A stretch of 64,000 bases of DNA, from NCBI GenBank assembly GCA_964057225.1, contig OZ059900.1, positions 23,436,001 to 23,500,000 of the forward strand, in the 5' to 3' direction. Positions 1-12,200 of this stretch are shown here, one piece after another. Position numbers and translations under genes: made by a program. The DNA comes from Auanema rhodensis (lineage: Eukaryota > Animalia > Nematoda). Under the pieces are notes generated by a model that saw only the letters and a list, made by a program, of their open reading frames with translations, was not told the DNA's origin and made no database searches. Numbering within the stretch: the first letter of the stretch is position 1; each line of letters starts with the position of its first letter.

Positions 1-342
1 GTGCCCTCAGAATATGCTAATTTCCTTAATTTTCTAACCCCTGTTTTTTTGTCGTGAAAGTGGAACTAGACGTTGTACGAACAATTTTGAGCTAGGTTTC
101 ATTGACATTGCATGAGTTTGAACACATGAAATCGTAAGTCAAAACCTTGTTTACAGCGAAATTTCCAAAAACTGGTTTTCCAGCATAATAAAATATTTCT
201 CATGGGAAATACTGTGTTTTTGTACTTTTCTAGTGTTCAGCATGTAAAATGCTTCATTTTAGTATGTAACACGCTGAAATTCGTTGCATTTGACGACTCA
301 TATGAACAAAAATCGATTTAATCAATATTAGCCATAAGGGGC
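1..342 (+). repeat. Representative 342-bp monomer (arbitrary phase)
   Basis: Hand count on consensus is about 59 G + 57 C of 342 (about 34% GC), with many A/T tracts. ClaI (ATCGAT, 312-317) and NdeI (CATATG, 299-304) sites occur in the unit. Confidence 0.98.
194..211. other. 18-bp quasi-palindrome TATTTCTCATGGGAAATA (one mismatch; repeated in each unit)
   Basis: The sequence is self-reverse-complementary except T200/G205. Confidence 0.9.
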
Positions 343-363
343 GTGCCCTCAGAATATGCTAAT
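327..363. other. Imperfect inverted repeat around the GC-rich spot (present in essentially every full-length unit)
   Basis: ATTAGC-C-ATA-AGGG-gcgtg-CCCT-cagaa-TAT-GCTAAT gives an outer stem ATTAGC/GCTAAT plus ATA/TAT and an inner stem AGGG/CCCT. Confidence 0.7.
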
Positions 364-3300
364 TTCCTTAATTTTCTAACCCCTGTTTTTTTGTCGTGAA
401 AGTGGAACTAGACTTTGTACGAACAATTTTGAGCTAGGTTTCATTTACATTGCATGAGTTTGAACACATGAAATCGTAAGTCAAAACCTTGTTTACAGCG
501 AAATTTCCAAAAACTGGTTTTCCAGCATAATAAAATATTTCTCATGGGAAATACTGTGTTTTTGTATTTTTCTAGTGTTCAGCATGTAAAATGCTTCATT
601 TTAGTATGTAACACGCTGAAATTCGTTGCATTTGACGACTCATATGAACAAAAATCGATTTAATCAATATTAGCCATAAGGGGCGTGCCCTCAGAATATG
701 CTAATTTCCTTAATTTTCTAACCCCTGTTTTTTTGTCGTGAAAGTGGAACTAGACGTTGTACGAACAATTTTGAGCTAGGTTTCATTGACATTGCATGAG
801 TTTGAACACATGAAATCGTAAGTCAAAACCTTGTTTACAGCGAAATTTCCAAAAACTGGTTTTCCAGCATAATAAAATATTTCTCGTGGGAAATACTGTG
901 TTTTTGTATTTTTCTAGTGTTCAGCATGTAAAATGCTTCATTTTAGTATGTAACACGCTGAAATTCGTTGCATTTGACGACTCATATGAACAAAAATCGA
1001 TTTAATCAATATTAGCCATAAGGGGCGTGCCCTCAGAATATGCTAATTTCCTTAATTTTCTAACCCCTGTTTTTTTGTCGTGAAAGTGGAACTAGACTTT
1101 GTACGAACAATTTTGAGCTAGGTTTCATTTACATTGCATGAGTTTGAACACATGAAATCGTAAGTCAAAACCTTGTTTACAGCGAAATTTCCAAAAACTG
1201 GTTTTCCAGCATAATAAAATATTTCTCATGGGAAATACTGTGTTTTTGTATTTTTCTAGTGTTCAGCATGTAAAATGCTTCATTTTAGTATGTAACACGC
1301 TGAGATTCGTTGCATTTGACGACTCATATGAACAAAAATCGATTTAATCAATATTAGCCATAAGGGGCGTGCCCTCAGAATATGCTAATTTCCTTAATTT
1401 TCTAACCCCTGTTTTTTTGTCGTGAAAGTGGAACTAGACGTTGTACGAACAATTTTGAGCTAGGTTTCATTGACATTGCATGAGTTTGAACACATGAAAT
1501 CGTAAGTCAAAACCTTGTTTACAGCGAAATTTCCAAAAACTGGTTTTCCAGCATAATAAAATATTTCTCATGGGAAATACTGTGTTTTTGTATTTTTCTA
1601 GTGTTCAGCATGTAAAATGCTTCATTTTAGTATGTAACACGCTGAGATTCGTTGCATTTGACGACTCATATGAACAAAAATCGATTTAATCAATATTAGC
1701 CATAAGGGGCGTGCCCTCAGAATATGCTAATTTCCTTAATTTTCTAACCCCTGTTTTTTTGTCGTGAAAGTGGAACTAGACGTTGTACGAACAATTTTGA
1801 GCTAGGTTTCATTGACATTGCATGAGTTTGAACACATGAAATCGTAAGTCAAAACCTTGTTTACAGCGAAATTTCCAAAAACTGGTTTTCCAGCATAATA
1901 AAATATTTCTCATGGGAAATACTGTGTTTTTGTATTTTTCTAGTGTTCAGCATGTAAAATGCTTCATTTTAGTATGTAACACGCTGAAATTCGTTGCATT
2001 TGACGACTCATATGAACAAAAATCGATTTAATCAATATTAGCCATAAGGGGCGTGCCCTCAGAATATGCTAATTTCCTTAATTTTCTAACCCCTGTTTTT
2101 TTGTCGTGAAAGTGGAACTAGACGTTGTACGAACAATTTTGAGCTAGGTTTCATTGACATTGCATGAGTTTGAACACATGAAATCGTAAGTCAAAACCTT
2201 GTTTACAGCGAAATTTCCAAAAACTGGTTTTCCAGCATAATAAAATATTTCTCATGGGAAATACTGTGTTTTTGTATTTTTCTAGTGTTCAGCATGTAAA
2301 ATGCTTCATTTTAGTATGTAACACGCTGAAATTCGTTGCATTTGACGACTCATATGAACAAAAATCGATTTAATCAATATTAGCCATAAGGGGCGTGCCC
2401 TCAGAATATGCTAATTTCCTTAATTTTCTAACCCCTGTTTTTTTGTCGTGAAAGTGGAACTAGACGTTGTACGAACAATTTTGAGCTAGGTTTCATTGAC
2501 ATTGCATGAGTTTGAACACATGAAATCGTAAGTCAAAACCTTGTTTACAGCGAAATTTCCAAAAACTGGTTTTCCAGCATAATAAAATATTTCTCGTGGG
2601 AAATACTGTGTTTTTGAATTTTTCTAGTGTTCAGCATGTAAAATGCTTCATTTTAGTATGTAACACGCTGAAATTCGTTGCATTTGACGACTCATATGAA
2701 CAAAAATCGATTTAATCAATATTAGCCATAAGGGGCGTGCCCTCAGAATATGCTAATTTCCTTAATTTTCTAACCCCTGTTTTTTTGTCGTGAAAGTGGA
2801 ACTAGACGTTGTACGAACAATTTCGAGCTAAGTTTCATTGACATTGCATGAGTTTGAACACATGAAATCGTAAGTCAAAACCTTGTTTACAGCGAAATTT
2901 CCAAAAACTGGTTTTCCAGCATAATAAAATATTTCTCATGGGAAATACTGTGTTTTTGTATTTTTCTAGTGTTCAGCATGTAAAATGCTTCATTTTAGTA
3001 TGTAACACGCTGAAATTCGTTGCATTTGACGACTCATATGAACAAAAATCGATTTAATCAATATTAGCCATAAGGGGCGTGCCCTCAGAATATGCTAATT
3101 TCCTTAATTTTCTAACCCCTGTTTTTTTGTCGTGAAAGTGGAACTAGACGTTGTACGAACAATTTTGAACTAGGTTTCATTGACATTGCATGAGTTTGAA
3201 CACATGAAATCGTAAGTCAAAACCTTGTTTACAGCGAAATTTCCAAAAACTGGTTTTCCAGCATAATAAAATATTTCTCATGGGAAATACTGTGTTTTTG

Positions 3301-4788
3301 TATTTTTCTAGTGTTCAGCATGTAAAATGCTTCATTTTAGTATGTAACACGCTGAAATTCGTTGCATTTGACGACTCATATGAACAAAAATCGATTTAAT
3401 CAATATTAGCCATAAGGGGCGTGCCCTCAGAATATGCTAATTTCCTTAATTTTCTAACCCCTGTTTTTTTGTCGTGAAAGTGGAACTAGACGTTGTACGA
3501 ACAATTTTGAGCTAGGTTTCATTGACATTGCATGAGTTTGAACACATGAAATCGTAAGTCAAAACCTTGTTTACAGCGAAATTTCCAAAAACTGGTTTTC
3601 CAGCATAATAAAATATTTCTCATGGGAAATACTGTGTTTTTGTATTTTTCTAGTGTTCAGCATGTAAAATGCTTCATTTTAGTATGTAACACGCTGAAAT
3701 TCGTTGCATTTGACGACTCATATGAACAAAAATCGATTTAATCAATATTAGCCATAAGGGGCGTGCCCTCAGAATATGCTAATTTCCTTAATTTTCTAAC
3801 CCCTGTTTTTTTGTCGTGAAAGTGGAACTAGACGTTGTACGAACAATTTTGAGCTAGGTTTCATTGACATTGCATGAGTTTGAACACATGAAATCGTAAG
3901 TCAAAACCTTGTTTACAGCGAAATTTCCAAAAACTGGTTTTCCAGCATAATAAAATATTTCTCGTGGGAAATACTGTGTTTTTGAATTTTTCTAGTGTTC
4001 AGCATGTAAAATGCTTCATTTTAGTATGTAACACGCTGAAATTCGTTGCATTTGACGACTCATATGAACAAAAATCGATTTAATCAATATTAGCCATAAG
4101 GGGCGTGCCCTCAGAATATGCTAATTTCCTTAATTTTCTAACCCCTGTTTTTTTGTCGTGAAAGTGGAACTAGACGTTGTACGAACAATTTCGAGCTAAG
4201 TTTCATTGACATTGCATGAGTTTGAACACATGAAATCGTAAGTCAAAACCTTGTTTACAGCGAAATTTCCAAAAACTGGTTTTCCAGCATAATAAAATAT
4301 TTCTCATGGGAAATACTGTGTTTTTGTATTTTTCTAGTGTTCAGCATGTAAAATGCTTCATTTTAGTATGTAACACGCTGAAATTCGTTGCATTTGACGA
4401 CTCATATGAACAAAAATCGATTTAATCAATATTAGCCATAAGGGGCGTGCCCTCAGAATATGCTAATTTCCTTAATTTTCTAACCCCTGTTTTTTTGTCG
4501 TGAAAGTGGAACTAGACGTTGTACGAACAATTTTGAGCTAGGTTTCATTGACATTGCATGAGTTTGAACACATGAAATCGTAAGTCAAAACCTTGTTTAC
4601 AGCGAAATTTCCAAAAACTGGTTTTCCAGCATAATAAAATATTTCTCATGGGAAATACTGTGTTTTTGTATTTTTCTAGTGTTCAGCATGTAAAATGCTT
4701 CATTTTAGTATGTAACACGCTGAAATTCGTTGCATTTGACGACTCATATGAACAAAAATCGATTTAATCAATATTAGCCATAAGGGGC

Positions 4789-7700
4789 GTGCCCTCAGAA
4801 TATGCTAATTTCCTTAATTTTCTAACCCCTGTTTTTTTGTCGTGAAAGTGGAACTAGACGTTGTACGAACAATTTTGAGCTAGGTTTCATTGACATTGCA
4901 TGAGTTTGAACACATGCAATCGTAAGTCAAAACTTTGTTTACAGCGAAATTTCCAAAAACTGGTTTTCCAGCATAATAAAATATTTCTCATGGGAAATAC
5001 TGTGTTTTTGTATTTTTCTAGTGTTCAGCATGTAAAATGCTTCATTTTAGTATATAACACGCTGAAATTCGTTGCATTTGACGACTCATATGAACAAAAA
5101 TCGATTTAATCAATACTAGCCATAAGGGGCGTGCCTCAGAATATGCTAATTTCCTTAATTTTCTAACCCCTGTTTTTTTGTCGTGAAAGTGGAATAAGAC
5201 GTTGTAGGAACAATTTTGAGCTAGGTTTCATTGACATTGCATGAGTTTGAACACATGAAATCGTAAGTCAAAACCTTGTTTACAGCGAAATTTCCAAAAA
5301 CTGGTTTTCCAGCATAATAAAATATTTCTCATGGGAAATACTGTGTGTTTGTATTTTTATAGTGTTCAGCATGTAAAATGCTTCATTTTAGTATGTAACA
5401 CGCTGAAATTCGTTGCATTTCACGACTCATATGAACAAAAATCGATTTAATCAATATTAGCCATAAGGGGCGTGCCCTCAGAATATGCTAATTTCCTTAA
5501 TTTTCTAACCCCTGTTTTTTTGTCGTGAAAGTGGAACTAGACGTTGTACGAACAATTTTGAGCTAGGTTTCATTGACATTGCATGAGTTTGAACACATGA
5601 AATCGTAAGTCAAAACCTTGTTTACAGCGAAATTTCCAAAAACTGGTTTTCCAGCATAATAAAATATTTCTCATGGGAAATACTGTGTTTTTGTATTTTT
5701 CTAGTGTTCAGCATGTGAAATGCTTCATTTTAGTATGTAACACGCTGAAATTCGTTGCATTTGACGACTCATATGAACAAAAATCGATTTAATCAATATT
5801 AGCCATAAGGGGCGTGCCCTCAGAATATGCTAATTTCCTTAATTTTCTAACCCTTGTTTTTTTGTCGTGAAAGTGGAACTAGACGTTGTACAAACAATTT
5901 TGAGCTAGGTTTCATTGACATTGCATGAGTTTGAACACATGAAATCGTAAGTCAAAACCTTGTTTACAGCGAAATTTCCAAAAACTGGTTTTCCAGCATG
6001 ATAAAATATTTCTCATGGGAAATACTGTGTTTTTGTATTTTTCTAGTGTTCAGCATGTAAAATGCTTCATTTTAGTATGTAACACGCTGAAATTCGTTGC
6101 ATTTGACGACTCATATGAACAAAAATCGATTTAATCAATATTAGCCATAAGGGGCGTGCCCTCAGAATATGCTAATTTCCTTAATTTTCTAACCCCTGTT
6201 TTTTTGTCGTGAAAGTGGAACTAGACGTTGTACGAACAATTTTGAGCTAGGTTTCATTGACATTGCATGAGTTTGAACACATGAAATCGTAAGTCAAAAC
6301 CTTGTTTACAGCGAAATTTCCAAAAACTGGTTTTCCAGCATAATAAAATATTTCTCATGGGAAATACTGTGTTTTTGTATTTTTCTAGTGTTCAGCATGT
6401 AAAATGCTTCATTTTAGTATGTAACACGCTGAAATTCGTTGCATTTGACGACTCATATGAACAAAAAATCGATTTAATCAATATTAGCCATAAGGGGCGT
6501 GCCCTCAGAATATGCTAATTTCCTTAATTTTCTAACCCCTGTTTTTTTTGTCGTGAAAGTGGAACTAGACGTTGTACAAACAATTTTGAGCTAGGTTTCA
6601 TTGACATTGCATGAGTTTGAACACATGAAATCGTAAGTCAAAACCTTGTTTACAGCGAAATTTCCAAAAACTGGTTTTCCAGCATAATAAAATATTTCTC
6701 ATGGGAAATACTGTGTTTTTGTATTTTTCTAGTGTTCAGCATGTAAAATGCTTCATTTTAGTATGTAACACGCTGAAATTCGTTGCATTTGACGACTCAT
6801 ATGAACAAAAATCGATTTAATCAATATTAGCCATAAGGGGCGTGCCCTCAGAATATGCTAATTTCCTTAATTTTCTAACCCCTGTTTTTTTGTCGTGAAA
6901 GTGGAACTAGACGTTGTACGAACAATTTTGAGCTAGGTTTCATTGACATTGCATGAGTTTGAACACATGAAATCGTAAGTCAAAACCTTGTTTACAGCGA
7001 AATTTCCAAAAACTGGTTTTCCAGCATAATAAAATATTTCTCATGGGAAATACTGTGTTTTTGTATTTTTCTAGTGTTCAGCATGTAAAATGCTTCATTT
7101 TAGTATGTAACACGCTGAAATTCGTTGCATTTGACGACTCATATGAACAAAAATCGATTTAATCAATATTAGCCATAAGGGGCGTGCCCTCAGAATATGC
7201 TAATTTCCTTAATTTTCTAACCCCTGTTTTTTTGTCGTGAAAGTGGAACTAGACGTTGTACGAACAATTTTGAGCTAGCTTTCATTGACATTGCATGAGT
7301 TTGAACACATGAAATCGTAAGTCAAAACCTTGTTTACAGCGAAATTTCCAAAAACTGGTTTTCCAGCATAATAAAATATTTCTCATGGGAAATACTGTGT
7401 TTTTGTATTTTTCTAGTGTTCAGCATGTAAAATGCTTCATTTTAGTATGTAACACGCTGAAATTCGTTGCATTTGACGACTCATATGAACAAAAATCGAT
7501 TTAATCAATATTAGCCATAAGGGGCGTGCCCTCAGAATATGCTAATTTCCTTAATTTTCTAACCCCTGTTTTTTTGTCGTGAAAGTGGAACTAGACGTTG
7601 TACGAACAATTTTGAGCTAGGTTTCATTGACATTGCATGAGTTTGAACACATGCAATCGTAAGTCAAAACTTTGTTTACAGCGAAATTTCCAAAAACTGG

Positions 7701-9235
7701 TTTTCCAGCATAATAAAATATTTCTCATGGGAAATACTGTGTTTTTGTATTTTTCTAGTGTTCAGCATGTAAAATGCTTCATTTTAGTATATAACACGCT
7801 GAAATTCGTTGCATTTGACGACTCATATGAACAAAAATCGATTTAATCAATACTAGCCATAAGGGGCGTGCCTCAGAATATGCTAATTTCCTTAATTTTC
7901 TAACCCCTGTTTTTTTGTCGTGAAAGTGGAATAAGACGTTGTAGGAACAATTTTGAGCTAGGTTTCATTGACATTGCATGAGTTTGAACACATGAAATCG
8001 TAAGTCAAAACCTTGTTTACAGCGAAATTTCCAAAAACTGGTTTTCCAGCATAATAAAATATTTCTCATGGGAAATACTGTGTTTTTGTATTTTTCTAGT
8101 GTTCAGCATGTGAAATGCTTCATTTTAGTATGTAACACGCTGAAATTCGTTGCATTTGACGACTCATATGAACAAAAATCGATTTAATCAATATTAGCCA
8201 TAAGGGGCGTGCCCTCAGAATATGCTAATTTCCTTAATTTTCTAACCCTTGTTTTTTTGTCGTGAAAGTGGAACTAGACGTTGTACAAACAATTTTGAGC
8301 TAGGTTTCATTGACATTGCATGAGTTTGAACACATGAAATCGTAAGTCAAAACCTTGTTTACAGCGAAATTTCCAAAAACTGGTTTTCCAGCATGATAAA
8401 ATATTTCTCATGGGAAATACTGTGTTTTTGTATTTTTCTAGTGTTCAGCATGTAAAATGCTTCATTTTAGTATGTAACACGCTGAAATTCGTTGCATTTG
8501 ACGACTCATATGAACAAAAATCGATTTAATCAATATTAGCCATAAGGGGCGTGCCCTCAGAATATGCTAATTTCCTTAATTTTCTAACCCCTGTTTTTTT
8601 GTCGTGAAAGTGGAACTAGACGTTGTACGAACAATTTTGAGCTAGGTTTCATTGACATTGCATGAGTTTGAACACATGAAATCGTAAGTCAAAACCTTGT
8701 TTACAGCGAAATTTCCAAAAACTGGTTTTCCAGCATAATAAAATATTTCTCATGGGAAATACTGTGTTTTTGTATTTTTCTAGTGTTCAGCATGTAAAAT
8801 GCTTCATTTTAGTATGTAACACGCTGAAATTCGTTGCATTTGACGACTCATATGAACAAAAAATCGATTTAATCAATATTAGCCATAAGGGGCGTGCCCT
8901 CAGAATATGCTAATTTCCTTAATTTTCTAACCCCTGTTTTTTTGTCGTGAAAGTGGAACTAGACGTTGTACAAACAATTTTGAGCTAGGTTTCATTGACA
9001 TTGCATGAGTTTGAACACATGAAATCGTAAGTCAAAACCTTGTTTACAGCGAAATTTCCAAAAACTGGTTTTCCAGCATAATAAAATATTTCTCATGGGA
9101 AATACTGTGTTTTTGTATTTTTCTAGTGTTCAGCATGTAAAATGCTTCATTTTAGTATGTAACACGCTGAAATTCGTTGCATTTGACGACTCATATGAAC
9201 AAAAATCGATTTAATCAATATTAGCCATAAGGGGC
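4789..9235 (+). repeat. Local higher-order duplication, offset 8 then 7 monomers
   Basis: The rare variant set (TGCAAT, TATAAC, ATACTAG, GTGCCTC, GGAATAAG, GTAGG) occurs in units starting at 4789 and 7526 (2737 bp apart). The downstream markers CATGTGAAA and CATGATAA repeat at 2395 bp. Confidence 0.9.
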
Positions 9236-12200
9236 GTGCCCTCAGAATATGCTAATTTCCTTAATTTTCTAACCCCTGTTTTTTTGTCGTGAAAGTGGAA
9301 CTAGACGTTGTACGAACAATTTTGAGCTAGGTTTCATTGACATTGCATGAGTTTGAACACATGAAATCGTAAGTCAAAACCTTGTTTACAGCGAAATATC
9401 CAAAAACTGGTTTTCCAGCATAATAAAATATTTCTCATGGGAAATACTGTGTTTTTGTATTTTTCTAGTGTTCAGCATGTAAAATGCTTCATTTGAGTAT
9501 GTAACACGCTGAAATTCGTTGCATTTGACGACTCATATGAACAAAAATCGATTTAATCAATATTAGCCATAAGGGGCGTGCCCTCAGAATATGCTAATTT
9601 CCTTAATTTTCTAACCCCTGTTTTTTTGTCGTGAAAGTGGAACTAGACGTTGTACGAACAATTTTGAGCTAGGTTTCATTGACATTGCATGAGTTTGAAC
9701 ACATGAAATCGTAAGTCAAAACCTTGTTTACAGCGAAATTTCCAAAAACTGGTTTTCCAGCTCAATAAAATATTTCTCATGGGAAATACTGTGTTTTTGT
9801 ATTTTTCTAGTGTTCAGCATGTAAAATGCTTCATTTTAGTATGTAACACGCTGAAATTCGTTGCATTTGACGACTCATATGAACAAAAATCGATTTAATC
9901 AATATTAGCCATAAGGGGCGTGCCCTCAGAATATGCTAATTTCCTTAATTTTCTAACCCCTGTTTTTTTGTCGTGAAAGTGGAACTAGACGTTGTACGAA
10001 CAATTTTGAGCTAGGTTTCATTGACATTGCATGAGTTTGAACACATGCAATCGTAAGTCAAAACTTTGTTTACAGCGAAATTTTCAAAAACTGGTTTTCC
10101 AGCATAATAAAATATTTCTCATAGGAAATACTGTGTTTTCGTATTTTTCTAGTGTTCAGCATGTAAAATGCTTCATTTTAGTATGTAACACGCTGAAATT
10201 CGTTGCATTTGACGACTCATATGAACAAAAATCGATTTAATCAATATTAGCCATAAGGGGCGTGCCCTCAGAATATGCTAATTTCCTTAATTTTCTAACC
10301 CCTGTTTTTTTGTCGTGAAAGTGGAACTAGACGTTGTACAAACAATTTTGAGCTAGGTTTCATTGACATTGCATGAGTTTGAACACATGAAATCGTAAGT
10401 CAAAACCTTGTTTACAGCGAAATTTCCAAAAACTGGTTTTCCAGCTCAATAAAATATTTCTCATGGGAAATACTGTGTTTTTGTATTTTTCTAGTGTTCA
10501 GCATGTAAAATGCTTCATTTTAGTATGTAACACGCTGAAATTCGTTGCATTTGACGACTCATATGAACAAAAATCGATTTAATCAATATTAGCCATAAGG
10601 GGCGTGCCCTCAGAATATGCTAATTTCCTTAATTTTCTAACCCCTGTTTTTTTGTCGTGAAAGTGGAACTAGACGTTGTACGAACAATTTTGAGCTAGGT
10701 TTCATTGACATTGCATGAGTTTGAACACATGCAATCGTAAGTCAAAACTTTGTTTACAGCGAAATTTTCAAAAACTGGTTTTCCAGCATAATAAAATATT
10801 TCTCATAGGAAATACTGTGTTTTCGTATTTTTCTAGTGTTCAGCATGTAAAATGCTTCATTTTAGTATGTAACACGCTGAAATTCGTTGCATTTGACGAC
10901 TCATATGAACAAAAATCGATTTAATCAATATTAGCCATAAGGGGCGTGCCCTCAGAATATGCTAATTTCCTTAATTTTCTAACCCCTGTTTTTTTGTCGT
11001 GAAAGTGGAACTAGACGTTGTACAAACAATTTTGAGCTAGGTTTCATTGACATTGCATGAGTTTGAACACATGAAATCGTAAGTCAAAACCTTGTTTACA
11101 GCGAAATTTCCAAAAACTGGTTTTCCAGCATAATAAAATATTTCTCATGGGAAATACTGTGTTTTTGTATTTTTCTAGTGTTCAGCATGTAAAATGCTTC
11201 ATTTTAGTATGTAACACGCTGAAATTCGTTGCATTTGACGACTCATATGAACAAAAAATCGATTTAATCAATATTAGCCATAAGGGGCGTGCCCTCAGAA
11301 TATGCTAATTTCCTTAATTTTCTAACCCCTGTTTTTTTGTCGTGAAAGTGGAACTAGACGTTGTACAAACAATTTTGAGCTAGGTTTCATTGACATTGCA
11401 TGAGTTTGAACACATGAAATCGTAAGTCAAAACCTTGTTTACAGCGAAATTTCCAAAAACTGGTTTTCCAGCATAATAAAATATTTCTCATGAGAAATAC
11501 TGTGTTTTTGTATTTTTCTAGTGTTCAGCATGTAAAATGCTTCATTTTAGTATGTAACACGCTGAAATTCGTTGCATTTGACGACTCATATGAACAAAAA
11601 ATCGATTTAATCAATATTAGCCATAAGGGGCGTGCCCTCAGAATATGCTAATTTCCTTAATTTTCTAACCCCTGTTTTTTTGTCGTGAAAGTGGAACTAG
11701 ACGTTGTACGAACAATTTTGAGCTAGGTTTCATTGACATTGCATGAGTTTGAACACATGAAATCGTAAGTCAAAACCTTGTTTACAGCGAAATTTCCAAA
11801 AACTGGTTTTCCAGCATAATAAAATATTTCTCATGGGAAATACTGTGTTTTTGTTTTTTTCTAGTGTTCAGCATGTAAAATGCTTCATTTTAGTATGTAA
11901 CACGCTGAAATTCGTTGCATTTGACGACTCATATGAACAAAAATCGATTTAATCAATATTAGCCATAAGGGGCGTGCCCTCAGAATATGCTAATTTCCTT
12001 AATTTTCTAACCCCTGTTTTTTTGTCGTGAAAGTGGAACTAGACGTTGTACGAACAATTTTGAGCTAGGTTTCATTGACATTGCATGAGTTTGAACACAT
12101 GAAATCGTAAGTCAAAACTTTGTTTACAGCGAAATTTCCAAAAACTGGTTTTCCAGCATAATAAAATATTTCTCATAGGAAATACTGTGTTTTTGTATTT

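Noticed and set aside
34-40. Telomere-like CTAACCC
   Set aside because: It is a single motif per monomer, not tandem, and is expected by chance.
102-192. Bacterial -35 TTGACA (102-107) and poly(A) signal AATAAA (187-192)
   Set aside because: There is no correctly spaced -10 element and no gene context. These are chance hexamers in AT-rich satellite.
279-295. CENP-B box-like motif ATTCGTTGCATTTGACG
   Set aside because: It matches the TTCG....A half of the canonical nTTCGnnnnAnnCGGGn box, but the CGGG half reads TGAC, so it is not supportable as a functional box.
1-342. Tandem 5S rRNA, tRNA, snRNA or spliced-leader gene unit
   Set aside because: I recognise no 5S, tRNA cloverleaf, Pol III A/B/C box or SL sequence, and the GC content is low. 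An Infernal/Rfam scan would settle it.
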